DNA of 64,000 nt from Heptranchias perlo (lineage: Eukaryota). The notes below the pieces were generated by a model, which was given only the letters and a program-made list of their open reading frames with translations, was not told where the DNA came from and did not search any database. The position numbers and the translations under genes are program-made. The stretch covers positions 41,540,001 through 41,604,000 of the forward strand of contig NC_090346.1 in the NCBI RefSeq assembly GCF_035084215.1, given 5' to 3'. Positions 52,867 to 63,659 of the stretch are shown piece after piece. Within the stretch, counting starts at the first letter, position 1; each line of letters begins with the position of its first letter.

Positions 52867-55497
52867 GTGATATACAGTCAGGAGGGAGTGGCCCTGGGAG
52901 TCCTCAACATTGACTCTGGACCCCATGAAATCTCATGGCATCAGGTCAAACATGGGCAAGGAAACCTCCTGCTGATTACCACCTACCGTCCTCCCTCAGC
53001 TGATGAATCAGTCCTCCTCCATGTTGAGCACCACTTGGAGGAAGCACTGAGGGTCGCAAGGGCACAAAATGTACTCTGGGTGGGGGACTTCAATGTCCAT
53101 CACCAAGAGTGGCTCGGTAGCACCACTACTGACCGAGCTGGCCGAGTCCTGAAGGACATAGCTGCCAGACTGGGCCTGCGGCAGGTGGTGAGCGAACCAA
53201 CACGAGGGAAAAACTTACTTGACCTCGTCCTCACCAATCTCCCTGTCGCAAATGCATCTGTCCATGACAGTATTGGTAGGAGTGACCACCGCACAATCCT
53301 CGTGGAGATGAAGTCCCGTCTTCGCACTGAGGACACCATCCAACGTGTTGTGTGGCACCACCACCGTGCTAAATGGGATAGATTCAGAACGGATCTAGCA
53401 GCTCAAAATTGGGCATCCATGAGGCGCTGTGGGCCATCAGCAGCAGCAGAATTGTATTCCACCACAATCTGTAACCTCATGGCCCGGCATATTCCTCACT
53501 CTACCATTACCAACAAGCCAGGGGATCAACCCTGGTTCAATGAGGAGTGTAGAAGAGCATGCCAGGAGCAGCACCAGGCGTACCTAAAAATGAGGTACCA
53601 ACCTGGTGAAGCTACAACTCAGGACTACATGCATGCTAAACAGCGGAAGCAACATGCTATAGACAGAGCTAAGCGATTCCACAACCAACGGATCAGATCA
53701 AAGCTCTGCAGTCCTGCCACATCCAGTCGTGAATGGTGGTGGACAATTAAACAACTAACGGGAGGAGGAGGCTCTGCAAACATCCCCATTCTCAATGATG
53801 GCGGAGTCCAGCACGTGAGTGCAAAAGACAAGGCTGAAGCGTTTGCAACCATCTTCAGCCAGAAGTGCCGAGTGGATGATCCATCTCAGCCTCCTCCCGA
53901 TATCCCCACCATCATGGAAGCCAGTCTTCGGCCAATTCGATTCACTCCACGTGATATCAAGAAACGGCTGAGTGCACTGGATACAGCAAAGGCTATGGGC
54001 CCCGACAACATCCCAGCTGTAGTGCTGAAGTCTTGTGCTCCAGAACTAGCTGCACCTCTAGCCAAGCTGTTCCAGTACAGCTACAACACTGGCATCTACC
54101 CGACAATGTGGAAAATTGCCCAGGTGTGTCCTATCCACAAAAAGCAGGACAAATCCAATCCGGCCAATTACCGCCCCATCAGTCTACTCTCAATCATCAG
54201 CAAAGTGATGGAAGGTGTCGTCGACAGTGCTATCAAGCGGCACTTACTCACCAATAACCTGCTCACCGATGCTCAGTTTGGGTTCCGCCAGGACCACTCG
54301 GCTCCAGACCTCATTACAGCCTTGGTCCAAACATGGACAAAAGAGCTGAATTCCAGAGGTGAGGTGAGAGTGACTGCCCTTGACATCAAGGCAGCATTTG
54401 ACCGAGTGTGGCACCAAGGAGCCCTAGTAAAATTGAAGTCCATGGGAATCAGGGGGAAAACTCTCCAGTGGCTGGAGTCATACCTAGCACAAAGGAAGAT
54501 GGTAGTGGTTGTTGGAGGCCAATCATCTCAGCCCCAGGGCATTGCTGCAGGAGTTCCTCAGGGCAGTGTCCTAGGCCCAACCATCTTCAGCTGCTTCATC
54601 AATGACCTTCCCTCCATCATAAGGTCAGAAATGGGGATGTTCGCTGATGACTGCACAGTGTTCAGTTCCATTCGCAACCCCTCAGATAATGAAGCAGTCC
54701 GAGCCCGCATGCAGCAAGACCTGGACAACATCCAGGCTTGGGCTCATAAGTGGCAAGTAATATTCGCACCAGATAAGTGCCAGGCAATGACCATCTCCAA
54801 TAAGAGAAAGTCTAACCACCTCCCCTTGACATTCAACGGCATTACCATCGCCGAATCCCCCACCATCAACATCCTGGGGGTCACCATTGACCAGAAACTG
54901 AACTGGACCAGCCATATAAATACTGTGGCTACGAGAGCAGGTCAGAGGCTGGGTGTTCTGCGGCGAGTGACTCACCTCCTGACTCCCCAAAGCCTTTCCA
55001 CCATCTACAAGGCACAAGTCAGGAGTGTGATGGAATACTCTCCACTTGCCTGGATGAGTGCAGCTCCAACAACACTCAAGAAGCTCGACACCATCCAAGA
55101 TAAAGCAGCCCGCTTGATTGGCACCCCATCCATCACCCTAAACATTCACTCCCTTCACCATCGGCGCACTGTGGCTGCAGTGTGTACCATCCACAGGATG
55201 CACTGCAGCAACTCGCCAAGGCTTCTTCGACAGCACCTCCCAAACCCGCAACCTCTACCACCTAGAAGGACAAGAGCAGCAGGCGCATGGGAACAACACC
55301 ACCTGCACGTTCCCCTCCAAGTCACACACCATCCCGACTTGGAAATATATCGCCGTTCCTTCATCGTCGCTGGGTCAAAATCCTGGAACTCCCTTCCTAA
55401 CAGCACTGTGGGAGAACCGTCACCACACGGACTGCAGCGGTTCAAGAAGGCGGCTCACCACCACCTTCTCGAAGGCCAACAAATACCCCAGGTTTGA
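52867..55497 (+). CDS. LINE endonuclease/reverse transcriptase ORF (portion downstream of the nonsense codon; last residues come from the IGFALS insert)
   Basis: 876-aa ORF in the track with APE and RT motifs; the true reading frame extends upstream to 52561. Confidence 0.8.
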   Translation: MIYSQEGVALGVLNIDSGPHEISWHQVKHGQGNLLLITTYRPPSADESVLLHVEHHLEEALRVARAQNVLWVGDFNVHHQEWLGSTTTDRAGRVLKDIAARLGLRQVVSEPTRGKNLLDLVLTNLPVANASVHDSIGRSDHRTILVEMKSRLRTEDTIQRVVWHHHRAKWDRFRTDLAAQNWASMRRCGPSAAAELYSTTICNLMARHIPHSTITNKPGDQPWFNEECRRACQEQHQAYLKMRYQPGEATTQDYMHAKQRKQHAIDRAKRFHNQRIRSKLCSPATSSREWWWTIKQLTGGGGSANIPILNDGGVQHVSAKDKAEAFATIFSQKCRVDDPSQPPPDIPTIMEASLRPIRFTPRDIKKRLSALDTAKAMGPDNIPAVVLKSCAPELAAPLAKLFQYSYNTGIYPTMWKIAQVCPIHKKQDKSNPANYRPISLLSIISKVMEGVVDSAIKRHLLTNNLLTDAQFGFRQDHSAPDLITALVQTWTKELNSRGEVRVTALDIKAAFDRVWHQGALVKLKSMGIRGKTLQWLESYLAQRKMVVVVGGQSSQPQGIAAGVPQGSVLGPTIFSCFINDLPSIIRSEMGMFADDCTVFSSIRNPSDNEAVRARMQQDLDNIQAWAHKWQVIFAPDKCQAMTISNKRKSNHLPLTFNGITIAESPTINILGVTIDQKLNWTSHINTVATRAGQRLGVLRRVTHLLTPQSLSTIYKAQVRSVMEYSPLAWMSAAPTTLKKLDTIQDKAARLIGTPSITLNIHSLHHRRTVAAVCTIHRMHCSNSPRLLRQHLPNPQPLPPRRTRAAGAWEQHHLHVPLQVTHHPDLEIYRRSFIVAGSKSWNSLPNSTVGEPSPHGLQRFKKAAHHHLLEGQQIPQV

Positions 55498-55912
55498 TCT
55501 CCTGAATCTGATTATTGTTCAGAGTGAGGACTTCCAATTGTACTAAGCCATCAAATATGTTTTCAGAAAGGCTTTTGATTTTGTTGTACCCAAGTTGGAG
55601 TTCCTCCAGAAACTGAAGTTCTCTGAATGTCCTGTGCCTTAACCCTGTGATGGAATTGTTGAGCAACCGAAGCACATGTAGATTTAGGAGTCCAGAGAAT
55701 GTTTCTTCATGTAATACAGTAAGGCGATTATGGGACAAGTCTAACCATCTGAGAGATTTCATTCCTATAAAAGCTCTAGGTACGATGGTGCTGATCTGGT
55801 TATAACTCATATAAAGCTTCTGGAGCTTTTGCAGCTTCACAAAGATGTTCCCTTTTATGCCTCTCAACAGGTTTCCTGACAAATCAAGTTGCTTCAGCTC
55901 TGTCAAACTGAT
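55470..55912 (-). pseudogene. 443-bp duplicated fragment of the IGFALS LRR-coding exon embedded in a LINE 3' end
   Basis: Matches 57604-58046 (offset 2134) with a single visible mismatch (55766 T vs 57900 C; Ile vs Met). It explains ORF 55442..55918. Confidence 0.92.
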
Positions 55913-56151
55913 GGGCAATAAATGCTGGCCTCGCCAGCGACGCCCACATCCCGTGAACGAATTTTTTAAAAACTACAAATAAGTAGTCTAGAGATTCTAG
56001 ATCTTAGTTTTTCTGACAAGATAGGTTCATGGTCTGAATGCTTTACTGTTTGCCTTTTAATTCAGAACATACAGCAAAGTTTGTTTCAAAACAAATGCAA
56101 GCTCCATAATTAGGGCATAAAAGATAATTCTGTTATCTAAAATAGTAATGG

Positions 56152-56358
56152 GGGCCAAAATTCCTGATCCATTAATTTTCATGTAAGTGTAGACTTGAAT
56201 AAAAATATTGAGTCAATTTTCTGAAATAAATTAATCCATAATTTCCCCTAGGTATTACTGGGAAGTAAATCTAATTTGGGGTAAATTTAATAGAAGCCAA
56301 ATATCACTTTTTACTCATACTTATTTTGTAAAATTAGCAAAGGCAGGAATTTTGTCCC
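56152..56358. mobile_element. MITE-like element, 15-bp imperfect TIR
   Basis: gggccaaaattcctg ... caggaattttgtccc (1 mismatch). Confidence 0.4.
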
Positions 56359-56858
56359 TTGTATTCCTACTAAAGCTACTCCCTCCTCCTCCACCACCAG
56401 TTCCCACTGTGTTTCTGCTTTCCTAACAAGTAAAATAATAATGAATTAGCTCTGGTGTTGGCAGTAGCAATTTCTGATTTCTGTGAATACTTTGTTTCAA
56501 AGTATAGAGCGTTTACTAAGTTTTCGCAACCCAATGCTCAGGTTAGTGCAGTTATTGTTGTTTTAACACGATCAGTCAAGCTTTGCTTGCAGAAACAATT
56601 ATGATAAGCTTATTTGTATATGTTCACTAAGCCAGAAAGAAACATCCTATCATTAGCAAATTACACTGGGAACATTGGGTTCCAAACCAAATGGGCATAT
56701 CTAGCCTTGATTCCATAACCAAAAGGCTTAATATTTCATTTGGCATAGTCATAATTAGTTACAAATGCAAATTGCATCTGGAAAAGGTAAAATACCATGG
56801 CATTGCTCCTTGAACAATATGCATATGATGATTGCAGGAACCCATGTTGCACTTGATG

Positions 56859-58672
56859 TCAGCAATTACCAAAGTAGTCCTCACTGATGTCTCTCAGATC
56901 TGTACTAGCAATGGTTTGTGGGCTTGCACATGTGATGTTGTTGTATATGTACATGATTGTATGAGATTCATCTCCTTCTACTGCTGATTCGAAATAACGA
57001 GGAGCAACATTGGGATTCTCCAGACAGTAATCCCTGAGTGACTTCAACAAGCAGTCGCAGTGCCACTTGTTACCCTCCAACAATAGTTGCTCTAATTGTG
57101 ATGACTGCTCCAAAAATTGACCTGGGAAATACCTTATAGAGTTGCCCCTAAGGTTCAGATATTTCAACTTGGTCAATGGTGTAAAAGTATGATTATAGAA
57201 AAACTCAATAAAGTTGTCTGATAAATCAAGCCAAGAGAGACGTTGAAGAGGCTGATAGGTGGTATCAGAAATGTATGCAAGTTCATTGCACTTGAGTAGA
57301 AGATATTCCAGATTTGGTATACCTGTGAAGGCCTGAGGAGATAGCTGTATCAGTTTGTTATACCTCAAATCCAGTTCCAAAAGCTCTTGTAAGTTACTGA
57401 GGCTCTGATTGTCAATAACTGAAATGTGATTGTTTTGCATGAAGAGTCTTCGAAGGCTGATCAATCCAGAAAATGTGTTTGGTTGAATTCTACTGACTGC
57501 GTTGTTTTCTAAATGCAGGCTATGAAGATTAGGAAGACCTTTGAATGCACATTCTGGTAAATTCTTTAAAGAGTTACTGGATAGATTCAGTACAGCTACC
57601 TCACGAAGGCCAACAAATACCCCAGGTTTGATCTCCTGAATCTGATTATTGTTCAGAGTGAGGACTTCCAATTGTACTAAGCCATCAAATATGTTTTCAG
57701 AAAGGCTTTTGATTTTGTTGTACCCAAGTTGGAGTTCCTCCAGAAACTGAAGTTCTCTGAATGTCCTGTGCCTTAACCCTGTGATGGAATTGTTGAGCAA
57801 CCGAAGCACATGTAGATTTAGGAGTCCAGAGAATGTTTCTTCATGTAATACAGTAAGGCGATTATGGGACAAGTCTAACCATCTGAGAGATTTCATTCCC
57901 ATAAAAGCTCTAGGTACGATGGTGCTGATCTGGTTATAACTCATATAAAGCTTCTGGAGCTTTTGCAGCTTCACAAAGATGTTCCCTTTTATGCCTCTCA
58001 ACAGGTTTCCTGACAAATCAAGTTGCTTCAGCTCTGTCAAACTGATAAAAAGTTGGGACTGCAGGTAAATTAACCTATTTCCTGCCAAAATAAGCTCCTT
58101 TAAGTTTGGTAAATCATGAAACCCCGCAGCAGGCAAAACTGCCAGATTATTCCATCCCAGATTTAGGTACCAGAGATGGGAGAGGCCAGAAAACAACCCA
58201 TCTTCAATTTTACCAAAGTTGTTATTGTTCAGACTAAGCGAGCCAAGAGCTGGAGTGTGGAGGAATGCATTTGGTACCAGGTATTTCAATTTGTTCCTTT
58301 CCAAATGCAGGTGAACCAGTAGTTTCAAACCCCAGAAGGCATGTTGCTCAACACTAACTATGTAGCCATTCTCCAGGTTCAAGAAGTCCAGATTAGACAG
58401 GTTCCTGAAAGCATGGGATGGAAGAACTGTGAAGTTGTTACAGTCAAACCAAACCGCTTTAGCATTAACTGGTATATCTTTAGGAATGCTGGTAAGATTA
58501 CGAGAGCTGCAGTAGACATTCAGTTCCTCACTGTAGTCATCAAAAATACAGGTGCACACTTGGGGGCATTTGAAATTTTCATCATCTGACTGTTCCTCTG
58601 GTGGTAATTGTGATACTGTTCCCAACAGCGGGATGAACCTCAGACAAACAATAACCGATACGACGCAAAATT
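56859..58672 (-). CDS. IGFALS: IGFALS (IGF-binding protein acid-labile subunit) main coding exon; short first exon not located
   Basis: Phase-1 acceptor (poly-T)AG at 58674-58673, hydrophobic signal segment FCVVSVIVCLRFIPLLG, LRRNT CPQVCTC..ELNVYCSSRNLT, a long LRR array, LRRCT GNKWHCDC...NNITCASP...DLRDISEDYFGNC*; syntenic, convergent with NUBP2. Confidence 0.93.
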
Positions 58673-59479
58673 CTAAAAAAAAAATAAAAATAACACAACA
58701 TGCAATCAGAGAATATCAATCATTCAGAATTTGGGTAATGCTTATATTATAATCATATCACTTTGAAAAGGATCATTAAAATAAATTAACCATCTCCATG
58801 TTAAGTCGGGGGCTGCTTATTAGGGACAGGAGCATTATTACCATGTAACATCCAATGTATTATTCTGCTGCTAAGGTGCAGCTGAATGTAACTTCACCTG
58901 TCCCTTTACGACCATAAGATCTGACTATGCATCCTGAGGGCAATTAGAGTCCAGTTGCTCTCAGGCACATACTAAGATAAGTTAGAGGGGATTGTTTCAC
59001 TGGAGATTCTTTGCTAATACTTTTTTTAAACATTGCTTTGCATCTGTCATGTCAGAAATGTGAAGTATATTAAATATAATTGAGCAATGTCATCACGTAG
59101 TTGTAATATCAAATCTCTGCATTATTTTTTCTATAGCAAAGGAAAATAACTTTAATTGGGAAATATAACAGAATAAATTTTATTCCTATAATACCACTGT
59201 TAAAAAGGACTACCACCGTACTCTTAGCATTTTTATTTAGGGCTTTGTTCAATTATGGGTTTTTTCAGTCCCCATTAACAGATACAGGAATTCTGTGATA
59301 TATGAAAACAAGTCTTCCCAGATTTTCTCATTACATGCAATCTAAGATAAACGATAACTGTCCTCCTATTTTGTATTACATAGAGCCATAGTGACCAACT
59401 TTACCAGCTTGGGTCATCCTTCAAATTAAAAAAAATAGCAAGATATATAGAAAAATGTATTCATCCTTCAAATTAGACA

Positions 59480-59897
59480 TTACACCGAGGTCCTACTGAG
59501 ACAGTTTGGGTGAACGTTAAGGATCTCGTGACACTATTTGACGAGGACAGAGTTTTCCTCATGCCTTGGGCAAAAGTGTCAACCAACACCACCAGAAGAA
59601 AACCAGATTAACAGGCCATTCATCTCATTGCTGCTTGTGAGACAGTGATGGTGCAGAATGGCTGTTGTGTTTACCTATACCAGGGGTGGCATTAGAGTCA
59701 TGCGACACTTGCAATTGCATGGGGCCCTAAGCCAGTCAGGTGCCCTGGGCAGTTCCAGTGATATGTTTAAGAACCTCGACTTTATCGACATCGGGGCCCC
59801 AAACCGAACCTTTGCATGGGGCCCCCGCAAGGCAAAACTGCGTGAAACACTTTGAAACTTTTCAAACACGTTATATGGCGGTGTATAAATGCAAGTT
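59480..59897 (+). mobile_element. Degenerate DeuSINE-like SINE with an internal hAT/MITE-like insert (~59681-59840)
   Basis: Segments gggtgaacgttaaggatctcgtgacactatt, tcaaccaacaccacc, cattgctgcttgtg and tail tataaatgcaagt resemble the Deu-domain SINE body as I recall it; the insert starts caggggtggc and has repeated ggggccc motifs. Confidence 0.4.
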
Positions 59898-60897
59898 TAC
59901 TTCTTATTTTCTCTTTTTTCTATAGCAGATTTTAAAAAGAAGGGCTTATTCTGACATTTGTCTGAAAAAATATTTTCCATCATAGAAAGAAATTGGTGGA
60001 ACTCCTACAAAATGATTCATTCAAATTGGTTTCCAAATTCCAACAAAAAAAATTCCATATCTTTGAAGAGATTCTTAACCACTATTAGTATATTGATCTT
60101 TTTCCAGCAGTTTCTTTCTCATTTCAAATATATGAAATCTTCACGAACCAGTGACAGTGGGATCTTTATCTTAGGCAAACACTACAAAATTGTGGGGAGG
60201 AGAAAAAAATCACACGCAACAAATCATGCACAATGTAGAAATCCATCGTATGTTCTGGTGTAGAAAACAAGTATTAGCTATTAATAAATCCCCTCCTCAT
60301 CCCACCCCCCTCCAAAAAAACCCCATCTTACCCACAGATTTGCTCATTTTGTTACGAAGCTTTTTCTGCAAAAAGTAATTTCCCAGTCTTCTTGTGTCCA
60401 GGTCAGATGATGCAGGTAAAGGAGACAACCAACTGTGTACAGAATTATGGCCTTATTTTAGAAAAACTTCAGCGTCAATGGGATAGCTTCTTTCCACCTG
60501 TTAACCAGAACAACAGTCCAAACATCCCATTCTTTTTCTTCTTATTACAGAAATCTTTTGACTCCCCCGCTGATCAGTGGACTGTGTTGATGACCAAATG
60601 GCAGTAAGCCAAAATGGGGTCAGCAGAAAAATAAACATCTGGCACACGGTAAGGAAAGAATCAATAGTGTTTACTTAGTGCATCCACATGTGGCAATATT
60701 TAGCTACTTTGCAGCCACAAAGCACGCTGCCAACGCAATGTTCCCTCTGGACACCAGGTACATTCAGTAAAAAACCTGACAAGATCACACTGTCTGGACA
60801 GGGGAAAATTCTTATTTAAAGCATTATGCAATCTTGTCAGTTTTGTCTCCATTTAACACCAAAGTGAATGATACCATTAAAATGTGTGGTAACAGTA

Positions 60898-61872
60898 GTT
60901 TATGATATTAACTGTTGTGATCTTATCCGGTATTTGCTCGACACATAAAGTTGTGATTATAACAACAATTTGCATTTTTGTAGCAATTCTCACGTCAAGA
61001 GTGCTATACCAGGAGGTGAGGATTTGAGTATGGGAGCAAGGATGTCTTATTACAGTTATACAGGGCCTTGGTGAGACCACACCTAGAGTATTGTGTGCAG
61101 TTTTGGTCTCCTTACCTAAGAAAGGATATACTTGCCATAGAGGGAGTGCAGCGAATGTTCACCAGACTGATCCCGGGGATGGCAGGACTGTCATATGAGG
61201 AGAGATTGGGTCAACTCAGTCTGTATTCACTCGAGTTTAAAAGAATAAGAGGGGATCTCATTGAAACATATAAAATTCTGACAGGGCTAGGCAGACTGGA
61301 TGCAGGGAGGATGTTTCCCCTGCCTGGGGGTCCAGAACGAGAGGTCACAGTCTCAGGATACGGGGTAGGATATTTAGGACTGAGATGAGGAGAAATTTCT
61401 TCACTCAGAGGGTGGTGAACCTATGGAATTCTCTACCACAGAAGGCTGTGGAGGCCAAGTCACTGAATATACTTAAGAAGGAGCTAGATGGATTTTTAGA
61501 CACAAAAGGCATCAAGGGGTATGGAGAGAGAGTGGGAACATGGTTTGAAATAAAGGATCAGCCTTGATCATATTGAATGGTGAGGCTGGCTCGAAGGGCC
61601 GAATGGCCTACTCCTGCTCCTATTTTCTATGTTTCTATTCCAAACAGGTTGATCTGGGATGGACTACAGTGGGCTGAGTTGAGTAAGGGATTTTTTCAGT
61701 CCATTCCCCCATTACCCTGAACTACTCTTGTCTCCTGCTGGGCATTCTCCTCACATCCTGGTATAGCACTCTTGACGTGAGAAATGCTACAAAAATGCAA
61801 ATTGTTGTTATAATCACAACTTTATGTGTAGAGCAAATACCGGATAAGATCACACCAGTTAATATCATAAAC
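60898..61872. repeat. 125-bp inverted repeat pair (60898-61022 / 61748-61872)
   Basis: Reverse-complement alignment with 4 mismatches and no gaps. Confidence 0.9.
61021..61637 (+). mobile_element. CR1 3' end (part of an inverted segment)
   Basis: [31 protein letters not shown], ttctatgtttctat tail. Confidence 0.88.
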
Positions 61873-63190
61873 GCTAGTTTTGGATTGGACTACTTCACTT
61901 TCTAGCTTAATGAAGAATTCTATCATGTTATGGTCACTCTTCCCTAAAGGACCCTGCACAACAAGATTATTAATTAACCCCTTCTCATTGCACAATACCC
62001 AATCTAGAATAGCCTGTTCCCTGGTTGGCTCCTCAATGTACTGGTCTAAAAAAACCATCTCGTACACACTCCAGGAATTCATCCTCCACAGTATTATTGC
62101 TAATTTGGTTTGGCCAGTCTATATATAGATTAAAGTCACCCATGATTACTATAGTATCCCTGTTACATGCATCTCTAATTTCCTGTTTGATCCCATCCCC
62201 TTCATTACCACTACTGTTTGGAGGCTTATAGACAACTCCCACCAGCGTTTTCTGCCCCTTGGTGCTTCTTAACTCCACCCAGACTGATTCTACATCTTGA
62301 TTTTCTGAGCCTATATCCTTTCACACTATTGCTCTGATTTCATCCTTCACTAACAACGCCACCCCACCTCTTTTTCCTTTTTGCGTGTCCTTCTTAAATA
62401 TCGCATACCCTTGGATATTCAGTTCCTAGCCTTGGTCACCCTGCAGCCATGTCTCCGTAATTGCAATTATATCGTATCCGTTTACATCTATTTGCGCTGT
62501 TAATTCGTCTACCTTATTATGAATGCTTCGTGCGTACAGATACAGTGCCTTTAGATCTATCTTTTTATCATTTTTAGACATCTTAACATCTTTTGTACTA
62601 TGGCCCTATTTGTCTCATTACCATTTTTTCTTAACCGGACCCTCTTTGTTAGTGCACTCTTTTGTTTGTACGCTCTGTCCCTTCCTGACAGAATCAGGTT
62701 CTCCTTACCCCAATCACTTTCCTGCACTGTTTCTTTGTCTTTTCTCTTTCGCATTCTAGATTTCCCTCCACCGGGACACCCCCCCCCCCCCTTATTTAAT
62801 TTAAAGCCCGATCTACCTCCCTAGTTATTCGATTCGCTAGAACTCTGGTCCCAGCATGGTTCAGGTGTAGTCCACCCAACGGAACAACTCTATCTTTCCC
62901 CAGTACTGTTGCCAGTGCCCCACGAATTGAAATCCACTTCTCCCACACCAATCTTTGAGCCACGCATTCATCTCTCTGATCTTATTTACCCTGTGCCAAT
63001 TTGCTCGTGGCTCAGGTAATAATCCAGAGATTATTATCTTTGTGGTTCTGCTTTTTAATTTAGTCCCTAGCTGCTCAAACTCTCTCAGCAGAACCTTTTT
63101 CTTAGTCCTACCTATGTCGTTGGTACCTACGTGGACCACGACAACTGGACCCTCCCCCTCCCACTCCAAGTTCTTCTCCAGCCCAGAGAA
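61873..63190 (-). mobile_element. CR1 5' portion: ORF1 SGNH/GDSL esterase remnant and ORF2 endonuclease
   Basis: VVVHVGTNDIG (CR1 ORF1 esterase), GVVYKPPN, MGDFN, ILDWVLCNE, GKSDHNM. Confidence 0.85.
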
Positions 63191-63659
63191 GATGTTACAG
63201 ATGATACATATCTGAAATGAACTATAATGCTCTAACCTTTATTGCCATTTCAGCATTTCAGTTTATTATCATTATATTTAACGGTTGGTTATTTTTGCAA
63301 TATCTAGCAGGAATTGGGCTCCAATTGACCTCCAGATGTCAATTGGTGCCTCTAAGGGAAAGGCTACATTACTCACAGCTGCACCTTAGAAGCATAATAA
63401 TAGATTCTGTGTTGTATGATAATACTCCTATCCTTAGAAAACATTGTATCCTCTGACTTACTGTGAGCATTGCCCCAGCAGTTCTGTTAGTCTTCATCAA
63501 GTTACCTTTGTATGAATTAGAACTTTAACCACTTTTTTTTATTATATGCAAATGACTTGCCAAGATTTACATTATGAATAATATTTTTCTTGAAATGATA
63601 ACGAGTGGATATATTTTTTAGCAAATTAGACTCCCCTAGATTTGAGTAATTACCTTGCA

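Larger units (their letters stand above)
52217..55972 (+). mobile_element. Near full-length single-ORF non-LTR retrotransposon (APE endonuclease + RT, CR1/L2-like group) with a tRNA-type 5' head
   Basis: Frame open from 52561 with one internal TAA (52819-52821). APE motifs NIWGL, PDI..ES, YRPP, GDFN, LDLVL, SDH; RT motifs [44 protein letters not shown]. 3' tail gggcaataaatgctggcc...cccacatcccgtgaa. A box 52220-52230, B box 52284-52292. Confidence 0.92.

Noticed and set aside
54682-55098. Antisense ORFs shared by both LINE copies (51144..51560 and 54682..55098)
   Set aside because: Shared only because the copies are closely related; open antisense frames are common opposite a GC-balanced ORF and show no motifs.
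55442-55918. 158-aa LRR ORF as a second IGFALS-like gene
   Set aside because: It starts at a TTG, has no upstream in-frame ATG before a stop and no signal peptide or cap domains; it is the duplicated exon fragment inside a LINE.
62861-63169. Stand-alone GDSL/SGNH esterase gene
   Set aside because: This is the known esterase domain of CR1 ORF1, lying directly upstream of the CR1 endonuclease remnant.
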